A DNA stretch of 61,406 nucleotides, filler included. It is 7 parts of 7 records of this genome, joined end to end, with 100 filler letters (N's around TTAATTAATTAA, not from the genome) between each part and the next. Parts side by side here need not be neighbours in the genome. Positions count along the whole stretch, not along the records: positions 23,165 to 48,177 come from SRR20825010_1985; 6 more parts are not named here. One strand, written 5' to 3'. The translations under genes and the position numbers were made by a program. Below the pieces are notes generated by a model. It was not told the origin of the DNA. It saw nothing but the letters and a program-made list of their open reading frames with translations, and ran no database searches. This document shows, piece by piece, positions 28,652 to 37,928 of the stretch; within the stretch, counting starts at the first letter, position 1, and the number at the start of each line of letters is the position of its first letter.

Positions 28652-30411
28652 GAACCCTCTCGCAATCGATCAAAGTATTCACGGGTTTGTTCACGTTCGT
28701 CACGAGGCAAGACCTGATCTTCGAGTGGATCACCTTCTTCGCTGAGGTTCGACTCGATCGCCGACTGGATGTCTTCGCGGGTCACACCTTTTCGGTTGGG
28801 ACCGTCCGCAAAACCAGCGATGATTGCTCGTCCGCGTTTGACCTTGCCGCGAACCTGAGTGTCGTAGGTGTTGACGTCCGTTTCTTCTTCGGGTCGGTCT
28901 CCTTTACCCTTGCCGCGTCCCATTCCCATCCCTGGTTCTTCGCCCTCACCAAATCCCTGACCCTGGCAGGCTTGGCAACCATCGCCATTGCATTGTTTGC
29001 AGTTCATTTGGTTCTTGGACTGCGACAGGTCACCCAGGGCCGATTCCAAATCTTCCAGCTCGGACATGGCCATTTGCATGTCGCCCAACTGACTGGACAT
29101 TTCTTCCATCGCTTGAGCAGCTGCGGATTCATCGCCTTGCTGCATCGCGTCGGCGGCTTGCTGCATCGCATCAGCCATCTTCTGCATTTGCTGCATCTGT
29201 GCATCGGCTGATTCAGATTCGTTCAGTTTCTGCTGCAACTTGGCGGCCTCTTCGTTGCGTCCTTCTTTTTTGGCCTGTTCGATCTTCTCTCGCAATTGCT
29301 TCTTTTTCTCTTCGTGGTTCTTTGCAGCCTCTTTCATCTGCTCTGCCATCTTTTTGATTTGCTTGTTCAGCTTTTCTTTCTGCTGATCGGTGAGCTTGCC
29401 ATCTTTCACTTGCTTTGCGAGCTTTTTGATCTCTTCCGCAGCTTTGCCAAACTCACCCTTTTGGATCTGCGACAAAACCTTTTCGGCCGGACCGCCATCG
29501 AGCCCCTTCATCTGAGCGAGCGTCTTTCGCATCTCTTCCGGCGACCCCAGTCGGTCCTTGCGAGCTTGAATTTGTTCTTTGATGTCGTTGAGTTCCAGCA
29601 ACGCGTCCTTGCGTTTCAACGTTTTGCTTTCGGTGATCTTGTCGAGTTGCGATTCCATCTTCTCGAACAGTTCGCGTGCCTCGAGTAAGCCCTTCGCATC
29701 GGCTTCTCGCTTTTGTTGAGCCAAACGTTTCTTCAGCTCCGCGGCGGCGATTTTAACTTGTCGAACTTCGCTCGCGTTGACTTCGTTGTTCAGCTCGGAA
29801 GTGATTTCGGTTGCCGGCTCGATCGCGAAAACCAAGACGGCCAAAATCGGGACAATCGCCAGCGGCAACCAAGAAACTCGCTGAGGTGACAAAGCAAACT
29901 TCTCCGCCACGTCCAGCTTGCTGGCTCGTCGGGCGGCATCCTGCCGGAGTGCGTTCCCGGCCGCGGATTTTCCATCCGTCGAATCATCGGATGACAATGC
30001 GCTGCTCAAACGTTCTTTCAATCCGAATCGAGAATCGACTTCGGCAGCGACTCGCATGACCGATGGAGCCGAGACCATCGTCACGATCGCGGACACAATC
30101 ATGGAAACCACGGTGGCAGCCACGATCCATCCCATCGCCCATTGCTGCACCGTCAACGGGGAGGCTCCAACTTCGGATGATTCCAATCCGAAGCGATCCA
30201 GCGGCAACGGAGTGATTGCCATCGCACCGACCGCAATCGTTGCGACAATCAAACCAACAAACCAAGTTACAGCGAACGTGCGTCCAAACTTCCCAAGCAT
30301 CATTCGCCTGCGAGCGGAACGAACCTTCGATTCCACTTTGGACTTGGCTTCCTCGGGCGACCACTGGGTCAACTCGTCGTGCGGATCCTGCGATGGGGCG
30401 ACGCTGGTCAT
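28648..30411 (-). CDS. membrane-anchored long coiled-coil protein with a CxxCxGxGCxxCxGxG motif
   Basis: Three TM segments, VDSRFGLKERLSSAL, an extended K/E/Q/M-rich coiled coil, CKQCNGDGCQACQGQG and a C-terminal LP..ERE..REYF. The likely start is ATG 30411. Confidence 0.8.
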   Translation of the reverse strand: MTSVAPSQDPHDELTQWSPEEAKSKVESKVRSARRRMMLGKFGRTFAVTWFVGLIVATIAVGAMAITPLPLDRFGLESSEVGASPLTVQQWAMGWIVAATVVSMIVSAIVTMVSAPSVMRVAAEVDSRFGLKERLSSALSSDDSTDGKSAAGNALRQDAARRASKLDVAEKFALSPQRVSWLPLAIVPILAVLVFAIEPATEITSELNNEVNASEVRQVKIAAAELKKRLAQQKREADAKGLLEARELFEKMESQLDKITESKTLKRKDALLELNDIKEQIQARKDRLGSPEEMRKTLAQMKGLDGGPAEKVLSQIQKGEFGKAAEEIKKLAKQVKDGKLTDQQKEKLNKQIKKMAEQMKEAAKNHEEKKKQLREKIEQAKKEGRNEEAAKLQQKLNESESADAQMQQMQKMADAMQQAADAMQQGDESAAAQAMEEMSSQLGDMQMAMSELEDLESALGDLSQSKNQMNCKQCNGDGCQACQGQGFGEGEEPGMGMGRGKGKGDRPEEETDVNTYDTQVRGKVKRGRAIIAGFADGPNRKGVTREDIQSAIESNLSEEGDPLEDQVLPRDEREQTREYFDRLREGS

Positions 30412-30617
30412 GGATAGCTCCGTGGGTGCCCGAAGTTGTGAACTTGGAACGAGTGCGGTTCGATTCTTATCATTATAGCGCGGCGAACGCTTTTCCCGCA
30501 CGCCGAATCTGGCTCCCGACAGCAGAATCTGTGCGGCGGAGTCCGTGCCGTTCCTCAAATTCGCCGTTGAACGAGAATCCTATCCGGCGGGTTCGCCAGT
30601 GACGTACACTTCCATAC

Positions 30618-31109
30618 ATGTCTCAAACCCAACCCATTACCGACGCGAAAACGGCCGCAGAGCCATTGCCCGCTCCTTCGCAAACGACACGCGGATCTGG
30701 CGATTTGCCGGATCCTGACCAGTGCTCGACGTGCGATGTGGTGATTTACGATGGCCACTGCAATTTTTGCAAAGCGGGCGTCCAGAACCTTCGGCGTCTG
30801 GATTGGGGCGGAAAGAAGCTGGCGTTTTTGTCGCTCCATGACGATCGAGTGTCGACCCGTTATCCCGATCTGACGCGAGAGCAGCTGATGGAACAGATGT
30901 ACGTGATTGATCAGCAAGGCCAACGTCACGGCGGTGCCGATGCGGTTCGCTACCTTTCGCGGCGGTTACCGATGCTGTGGTTTGCTGCTCCGATCTTGCA
31001 TCTTCCGGGGACGGCAAAATTGTGGCGTCGGCTGTATCACGAGGTCGCCAAACGTCGGTATCGGCTGGCGGGCAAATCGTGCGACTCAGGTAGTTGTTCG
31101 ATCCACTGA
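30618..31109 (+). CDS. DCC family (DUF393) putative thiol-disulfide oxidoreductase
   Basis: IYDGHCNFC (DxxCxxC), GADA and LY..VAKRRY motifs. Confidence 0.88.
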   Translation: MSQTQPITDAKTAAEPLPAPSQTTRGSGDLPDPDQCSTCDVVIYDGHCNFCKAGVQNLRRLDWGGKKLAFLSLHDDRVSTRYPDLTREQLMEQMYVIDQQGQRHGGADAVRYLSRRLPMLWFAAPILHLPGTAKLWRRLYHEVAKRRYRLAGKSCDSGSCSIH

Positions 31110-31237
31110 ACGACGATCGTGAAACGTAGTATCGGGCACCGCCGTATCGAAATGGTTTGCCCGGGTCGGCAAATCTGAATGATGGTGAGCTTTAGACGCT
31201 GGGTGACAGAGCCGCACGACCGGGCTAAAGTTCGGCG

Positions 31238-31792
31238 ATGAGCCAAACACCTCCCTCTTCCGACAAGCCATTGCCAGAGCTGTCCGACGCGATTCGGATG
31301 TTCGAAGCCGCACGTGGTCAAATTGAATTCGCCCGTCAGTACACACTGGAACTGCTTCGAGCGACTCCGATGGATCGCTGGTTCGAGATTCCACCCGGTG
31401 GCGTATCCCATGTGGCTTGGCAAGTCGGACACTTGGCCGTCAGCCAGTACGGTTTACTGATGTTCCGGATGCGGGGCCGTCGTCCCGAGGATTTGGATTT
31501 GATAAAAGGTCGGTTTCGCAAGACCTATGGCCGCGGCGGCAAGCCGCCCGAATCCAGCGAAGGTCAACCAACCGCGCAAGAGTTGCTCGACAAACTCAAT
31601 CGCATCCATGCTCTCGCGTCGGCGGAACTGGACGAACTGGATCCTGCTGAGTTGTTGGTCGAGATCGACATGCCGTACGCGGTGTACCCCTGCAAGTTGG
31701 GCGCGGTTTTGTTTTGCCCGATTCACGAAGGTTTGCATGCGGGCCAGATTGGAATGCTGCGACGCGGGCTCGGCCTGGAATCTGTTCGCTAG
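31238..31792 (+). CDS. DinB/YfiT family protein
   Basis: HVAWQVGHL and HEGLHAGQI (His-triad pattern). Confidence 0.85.
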   Translation: MSQTPPSSDKPLPELSDAIRMFEAARGQIEFARQYTLELLRATPMDRWFEIPPGGVSHVAWQVGHLAVSQYGLLMFRMRGRRPEDLDLIKGRFRKTYGRGGKPPESSEGQPTAQELLDKLNRIHALASAELDELDPAELLVEIDMPYAVYPCKLGAVLFCPIHEGLHAGQIGMLRRGLGLESVR

Positions 31793-31813
31793 GAACTGAA
31801 AGAAACTGAATCC

Positions 31814-32641
31814 ATGGAAGTCCTCGAAGAATCAATCTACGACCATCCCAAGTACTACGACTTGGTCTTTGGAGCTGACATCGCCGCGGAGACGCAGTTC
31901 ATCTTGGACTGCGCTGACAGTTTTCTAACCCGCAAACCGAAGTTGTTCTTCGAGCCTGCGTGTGGGACAGGACGCTTGATGGCTTCGCTGAACCGCAAAG
32001 GACATGCGACCTGTGGATTGGACCTGAACGAAAAAGCCGTCAAGTTCTGCAATCAGCGTTTGGAACGAGGTGGATTCAAACGAACCGCGATCGTCGCGGA
32101 CATGTGCGACTTCTCACCCGCTGATTTTCGATCCGCACTCGGCAAAGCCAAAACGTCCAAAGCGGAAGGGCCAGCCTGCGTCGCGTTCAACACGATCAAC
32201 AGTTTTCGGCACGTGAACTCCGAAGCCGCCGCTCGCGGGCATCTACGCAGTATGGCATCGATGGTTCGTCGCGGCGGGATCTACTTACTCGGTGTGCACC
32301 TGACACCCACAAAGGTTCCACCCAGCGAAACGGAATCATGGTCGGCGCGTCGCGGCAACTTGGCGATCAACACACACATGTGGACGATCAACCGCGACAA
32401 GAAGAAACGAATGGAGCGTTTCGGAATTCGCTTTGACGTGCACACCCCGAGTCGAAGTTTCCGCATCAACGATGAACTTCACTTGCGAAGTTACACACCG
32501 GCACAGATGAATCGGTTGATCGCGGCGGACGACCAATGGGAATGCTTGGCAACGTACGACTTTGCGTATGACATGGATGATCCCATCACCGTCGATGCGT
32601 CAACCGAAGACGTTGTTTACGTGCTGCAGAACAAGGGTTGA
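31814..32641 (+). CDS. class I SAM-dependent methyltransferase
   Basis: EPACGTGR motif I, GLDLN, ADMCDF and NSFRH. Confidence 0.88.
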   Translation: MEVLEESIYDHPKYYDLVFGADIAAETQFILDCADSFLTRKPKLFFEPACGTGRLMASLNRKGHATCGLDLNEKAVKFCNQRLERGGFKRTAIVADMCDFSPADFRSALGKAKTSKAEGPACVAFNTINSFRHVNSEAAARGHLRSMASMVRRGGIYLLGVHLTPTKVPPSETESWSARRGNLAINTHMWTINRDKKKRMERFGIRFDVHTPSRSFRINDELHLRSYTPAQMNRLIAADDQWECLATYDFAYDMDDPITVDASTEDVVYVLQNKG

Positions 32642-32743
32642 GCACAGACAGACGCCCCCGAAGAGGACGCCAACCAAGTGTCCCTCAACCGAACGGTGTT
32701 GAAATGTATCGGTCCAGATTTTTTTTCTGGATTGTGAGCGGGT

Positions 32744-33289
32744 TCACACCTCGCTTGCCCGACCGGATCGACCGACAAAAAACGCCCCGATGACAGCCAG
32801 CAAACCAGCTCCGGAAAACAGCCCGGCGTTCGTCAGCCAAGCCTGTTTGTCGAGCTCCATGACGCGGTACTGATACATCGCCGGAAGGTCGACTCCGTTG
32901 CGATTGATTTCTTCCCATTCCCGAATCATTTGAGCTGAGCTGACCTCTTTGTAGGCCTGACGGAACTCATCGATGTGCCCTTCGGTGGTCAGTGGAACGC
33001 TGATAGTGGCCCAATTCACGACACAAAACGCGGCCGCGAGAAACAGGCCGGCTGCCAGCAAACCGAGTGCCGTGAACAGCACTGTCGGCCGGTTGGCTCG
33101 ACCCTCGGCCGCCTTGGCTTTGGACTTCTCCGTCGCCGCGTCGCCCTCTGCGGTGGGGAGCTGACGCAGTTCACCCAGTTTTGGAACGGGGATGTTCTGG
33201 CCGCAATGAGGGCATGGGATCTGGTCACCGGCGCGGGCGGGACTAACCTCGGCGGACTCTTCGCAGTGCGGACAGGGAAGCAAATACAT
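32744..33289 (-). CDS. hypothetical Zn-ribbon membrane protein
   Basis: CPHC...AG..I.CPHCG...VPKLGELRQL N-terminus followed by two TM segments. Confidence 0.75.
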   Translation of the reverse strand: MYLLPCPHCEESAEVSPARAGDQIPCPHCGQNIPVPKLGELRQLPTAEGDAATEKSKAKAAEGRANRPTVLFTALGLLAAGLFLAAAFCVVNWATISVPLTTEGHIDEFRQAYKEVSSAQMIREWEEINRNGVDLPAMYQYRVMELDKQAWLTNAGLFSGAGLLAVIGAFFVGRSGRASEV

Positions 33290-34097
33290 GGCTGAAATCA
33301 CGGGTCAAAAGAACAACGCCCGGGTGGACCGAGACATTCTGGGAACTAGAATCACGGTGTGCTGAGGGTAACACACGACCAATCGCTCCCGTCAGGACGT
33401 CACTCTCGTCGAACGGCCATTTGGCGGCAAGCTGATTCAGAGTTTCATCTGAAATTCTTCAACTTGCTTGGCCAATCGATCACGAGAATCACGTTTGCCT
33501 GACCGGACATCCTCTGGATGAGTCGCGATACAACCACAACGAGCTATCGTTCGTCTTCGCTTCCGAATGGGATTCGGTTCGCGCAACAAACGGTCCACCG
33601 TCCCTTTTCAGCCTCCAGGATGGAATATCGGGTCAATCGGAAAATTTTTCCAATTGGCAGTTGATTCGGAGGTTCGCAGGTTAACGGGTGGTAGAGTCAC
33701 TGTGTGTCGGAATTTTCTTCAATGGACGTCGTCGGTCGGTCAATCGATCTGCACCCGCGTCCCTCGCACTGGCAACATTCCCAACACATGGACCGTTTCG
33801 AATTCGTTATTGATTGATTGTTCTTCTCGAAACCCAAGTGCTTCTCGAACTTCTCCTGACCGACTTCGCCAGTGACCCAATGCCCGGCGGCAGATTACGT
33901 CTCGACCTCACATTCGGCGTAACTACACTCCGACGACGAGCTGCTCATACGAGTGCCGCCGCCCAACGACACGGATGTTCCAAAACCAATTGAATTGCCC
34001 CGAACGCTGAATCGCCACAGCGTTCTTTGTGACGACCCACCAAACCAATCGCGGTCGTCGAACATAGAAAAGACAGCCACCTAAAGGAGTATCTACT

Positions 34098-35657
34098 TTG
34101 TTTGATCCGATGATGGATGATTTCGACGACGTTTCAGCACAAAGCACTGACGTGGTCACAGGAGGATTCCGCAAGTTACCAGTCGACGACAGCGAAGACG
34201 ACAACGCGGTCAGCGTTGCCGATGCGCCCGAAGGCGAAGTCCAATTGGACAGCCCGGACGAACTGATTGCGCTCGATGAGTCGGAAACTTGGTCGGACGA
34301 CCCTGTTCGAATGTACCTGACGCAAATGGGCGAGATCCCTTTGCTGACACGTCGTCAAGAAATCGAGTTGGCCAAACGTATCGAAGAAACTCGCCGCCGC
34401 TTCCGCACGAAGCTGCTCGAGAACCACTACGTATTGGTCGAAGCCTACAAGACGTTGAAGAAGGTTTACCGCGGCCAACTGCCGTTCGACCGAACCGTTC
34501 AGGTCAGCGTGACCGATCGTTTGGAAAAAGAACAGATCATTGGTCGTTTGCCACACAACCTGAAAACCCTGCAAACGTTGCTCAACCGCAACCGTCACGA
34601 CTGGAAAGTCGCGATGAGCAAGAGTGCACCTGCCCGCCGTCGCGCGGAAGCTTGGCGTGCATTGGCTCGTCGCCGTCGTCGTGCGGTTCGTTTGGTCGAA
34701 GAACTCGGTCTGCGTACACAACGCATCGAAACCCGAATCGGCTTGCTGGAGAAATTCTCTCGCCGACTCGACGAAATCGATGAATTGGTGCGTCAGCAAA
34801 AACGTACCAAGCACGGCCGCGAAGTCCGTGAGCAATTGCTGCACGAGCGTCGTCAGATCCTGACCGCTTGCCAGGAAACGCCCACCTCGCTTCGCAATCG
34901 CGTGAAGATGTTGGGATCGGTTTACAGCGATTACCAACAAGCCAAACGTGAGCTGAGCGAAGGGAACCTTCGTTTGGTCGTCTCGATTGCGAAAAAGTAT
35001 CGCAACCGGGGACTGTCGTTCTTGGACCTGATCCAAGAAGGCAACGCCGGTTTGATGCGAGCGGTCGACAAGTTCGAATACCGTCGTGGTTTCAAGTTCT
35101 GCACCTACGCCACTTGGTGGATTCGCCAAGCGATCACCCGTGCCGTCGCGGATCAAAGCCGCACGATTCGGATTCCCGTTCACATGGTTGAAACCATGAG
35201 CCGTGTTCGCAACGTGGCTCGCCAGTTGTTGCAAGAACTTGGTCGCGAACCATCGATCGAAGAAACTGCTCGTCGTGCGGACGTCACTATTGAAGAAGCA
35301 CGTCGTGTTTTGACAATGAGCCGTTTCCCAATCTCGTTGGATCGTCCCGTTGGCAACAGCGAAGACAGTCAGTTCGGCGACCTGCTGCCCGATGGCACCG
35401 CAGAGAGCCCGCAGATTGGTGCGACGCAAGAAATGCTTCGTCAACGAATCACTGGCGTGCTGAAGAGCCTGTCCTACCGCGAACGCGAAATCATCAAATT
35501 GCGTTACGGTCTAGGCGATGGTTACAGCTACACGCTGGAAGAAGTCGGGCACATCTTCAAGGTGACCCGTGAACGAATTCGCCAAATCGAAGCCAAAGCG
35601 GTTCGCAAGCTGCAACAGCCCAGCCGCAGCCAAGATTTGGTTGGTTTCCTGGACTGA
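34098..35657 (+). CDS. rpoD: RpoD-family sigma70 factor
   Basis: Region 1.2 [47 protein letters not shown] and region 4 TLEEVG...[12 protein letters not shown] start after AAGGAG. It may be a paralogue rather than the housekeeping copy. Confidence 0.85.
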   Translation: MFDPMMDDFDDVSAQSTDVVTGGFRKLPVDDSEDDNAVSVADAPEGEVQLDSPDELIALDESETWSDDPVRMYLTQMGEIPLLTRRQEIELAKRIEETRRRFRTKLLENHYVLVEAYKTLKKVYRGQLPFDRTVQVSVTDRLEKEQIIGRLPHNLKTLQTLLNRNRHDWKVAMSKSAPARRRAEAWRALARRRRRAVRLVEELGLRTQRIETRIGLLEKFSRRLDEIDELVRQQKRTKHGREVREQLLHERRQILTACQETPTSLRNRVKMLGSVYSDYQQAKRELSEGNLRLVVSIAKKYRNRGLSFLDLIQEGNAGLMRAVDKFEYRRGFKFCTYATWWIRQAITRAVADQSRTIRIPVHMVETMSRVRNVARQLLQELGREPSIEETARRADVTIEEARRVLTMSRFPISLDRPVGNSEDSQFGDLLPDGTAESPQIGATQEMLRQRITGVLKSLSYREREIIKLRYGLGDGYSYTLEEVGHIFKVTRERIRQIEAKAVRKLQQPSRSQDLVGFLD

Positions 35658-37117
35658 TGCCAACCTTGGCCGAGATCTTGCAGCAAAGCTGGCAAGTTCA
35701 TCAATCGGGTAACGTGGACGCCGCGATGCAAATGTATCGCGGCGTTTTGCGTCAGGTACCCAACTCCGCGGATGCCTGGGTCTACCTGGGCATCGCTCAG
35801 TTCGACAAACGAGATTTCACCGGAGCGGTGGACTCGTACCAAAAAGCGATCGATCTGCGTTCCAACTTCCCGATCGCGTGGAACAACCTAGGCAACGCAT
35901 TCCGAATGATCGGCCAAGTCGATCAAGCCGAGGCAAGCTTTGCCAAAGCCTTGGAGCTTCAGCCAGGCTATCTTTCCGCGATCAAGAATCGTGGCACGCT
36001 TTGGATCTGGAATGGTGAGATCGAACGTGGCCTGAAATGGTATGAAGAAGGCCTCGCGATCCAGCCCGACAACGCCGAACTGCACCGCAACCTCGGTGTG
36101 ATCTCGCTATTGCTGGGTGACTACGACCGGGGTTGGAACGAATACCGCTGGCGTTGGCGAATGCCCGGTGTCGGTCGTCCCGCAATCACGGATCACTTGC
36201 GTTCCGCGGGTGGGCATGTGCCAGTTTGGTCCGGCCAACCACTCGCTGGCAAAACCATCTTGATCTATCCCGAACAGGGACTTGGCGATGCGATTCACTT
36301 CCTGCGTGTCGCCGCGGCACTCGCGCAGGATGGTGCTCACGTGATGGTCGTCTGCCCACCAAAGATGATCCCACTGTTTTCCTCCGCCGTCGGACCATCA
36401 GGTTTGGGCATCGAACGTTTGATCCCCGACATCGACGCTCAATCCGGGCTGATGAGTTTGCCCGCGGGTGTCGAGATCGATTACCAGGGATCTTTCCTCG
36501 AGGTACTCGACGGTTTGTATCAGCGCGATGGCAAACTTTACGACGGGTCCGATTTGTTTCAGCGGAATGAATCGGATCACTGGGCGGGGTACTTGAGCGT
36601 TCCGGAATCAACCGTCCACTACTGGGCAAACTTCCTGCAACCGCTGAAGCAACCCGGAAAGAAGCTGATCGGGCTCAACTGGCAGGGCAATCCGGAACAC
36701 CATGCCGATGTGTATCGCAGCGTTCCGCTGGAAACGTTTCGCCCGCTGATTGAAATGCCAAACTTAGAATCGATCAGCCTGCAATTCGGCCATGGATCCG
36801 AACAACTCGAGCAAAGCGATTTGGGAAGCTCGATCCACCGGTTGCCCGACGACATCGACCAATCGGGTGGACAATTCGTGGATACCGCGGCAGTGCTGTG
36901 CAACTTGGATGCGTTGGTCACCACCGATACAGCCATTGCCCACTTGGCGGGATCCCTTGGTGTACGCACGATACTGCTGCTGGGCAAAGTTCCCGATTGG
37001 CGTTGGCTCCGATCGGGGGAGACGACTGTTTGGTACCCCAGCGTTGAAATCGTTCGCCAAACCGAGCTCGGGGATTGGAAACCGTGCATTGAAACGGTCC
37101 TTTCCAAACTCGCATGA
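35657..37117 (+). CDS. TPR-repeat protein with a C-terminal glycosyltransferase (GT9-like) domain
   Basis: N-terminal TPRs (AWNNLGNA), EQGLGDAIHF, LDALVTTDTAIAHLAGSLG, DWRW and WYPS. Confidence 0.88.
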   Translation: MPTLAEILQQSWQVHQSGNVDAAMQMYRGVLRQVPNSADAWVYLGIAQFDKRDFTGAVDSYQKAIDLRSNFPIAWNNLGNAFRMIGQVDQAEASFAKALELQPGYLSAIKNRGTLWIWNGEIERGLKWYEEGLAIQPDNAELHRNLGVISLLLGDYDRGWNEYRWRWRMPGVGRPAITDHLRSAGGHVPVWSGQPLAGKTILIYPEQGLGDAIHFLRVAAALAQDGAHVMVVCPPKMIPLFSSAVGPSGLGIERLIPDIDAQSGLMSLPAGVEIDYQGSFLEVLDGLYQRDGKLYDGSDLFQRNESDHWAGYLSVPESTVHYWANFLQPLKQPGKKLIGLNWQGNPEHHADVYRSVPLETFRPLIEMPNLESISLQFGHGSEQLEQSDLGSSIHRLPDDIDQSGGQFVDTAAVLCNLDALVTTDTAIAHLAGSLGVRTILLLGKVPDWRWLRSGETTVWYPSVEIVRQTELGDWKPCIETVLSKLA

Positions 37118-37848
37118 CTTCTGTTCCACTTCTCAGCATGAATCTTCCACGTCACGTCGCGATCATCATGGACGGCAATGGCCGATGGGCCCAAGCACGC
37201 GATTTACCTCGCATCGAAGGCCACCGACGCGGCGTCACGACGGTGCGAACGGTCACGGAAATGGCCAGCGAACTCAAACTCGACGCTCTGACGTTATATT
37301 GCTTGTCGAGCGAAAATTGGAAACGGCCGCAGGCAGAGCTCGACTTTTTGATGCACCTGCTTCAGCAGTATCTCGTCGAGGAACGGCGAACCATTCGCGA
37401 TCAGAACATGCGATTGCGTTTCATCGGAAGACGCGACCGGCTGAGCGATGAAGTCCTGAAGGAAATTGCGAAAACACAGGCGGTGAGCGAAAACAACACC
37501 GGAACGGAATTGGTCCTGGCCGTCGACTATGGCGGACGCGACGAACTGACTCGAATGACTCGGCAACTCGCTCAGCAAGTCCGGGACGGTGAGCGGTCAA
37601 TCGACGAGATCACTGAGTCGCTGGTGGACGAGTCGCTCGACACGGCGGGACTGCCCGACGTCGATTTGATGATTCGCACCGGGGGAGACATCCGAATCAG
37701 CAACTACCTGCTGTGGCAGATCAGCTATGCCGAGCTGTACTTCACCCCGAAATGTTGGCCAGAATTCGAGCGAGACGACTTCCAGGCTGCTTTGGATGAG
37801 TTTGCCGGCAGACAACGTCGCTTTGGCGGGTTAAACGTGGGCGCCTGA
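37114..37848 (+). CDS. uppS: undecaprenyl diphosphate synthase (cis-prenyltransferase)
   Basis: HVAIIMDGNGRWA, SSENWKRP, DYGGRDE, IRTGG..RISNYLLWQ and RRFGG. Confidence 0.96.
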   Translation: MTSVPLLSMNLPRHVAIIMDGNGRWAQARDLPRIEGHRRGVTTVRTVTEMASELKLDALTLYCLSSENWKRPQAELDFLMHLLQQYLVEERRTIRDQNMRLRFIGRRDRLSDEVLKEIAKTQAVSENNTGTELVLAVDYGGRDELTRMTRQLAQQVRDGERSIDEITESLVDESLDTAGLPDVDLMIRTGGDIRISNYLLWQISYAELYFTPKCWPEFERDDFQAALDEFAGRQRRFGGLNVGA

Positions 37849-37928
37849 CACACTTCCCGACCCAATCTTCCATGACGTGGGTATGATAGAGAAGGTGTTT
37901 TCTCCATTCCGTTTTCTTTCGTTGCCTC

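Noticed and set aside
33567-34204. Short ORFs in the gap upstream of the sigma factor
   Set aside because: No motifs, atypical composition and partial antisense overlap with the sigma gene.
34176-35444. 422-aa minus-strand ORF within the sigma gene
   Set aside because: Antisense shadow of a highly conserved gene, with no independent evidence.
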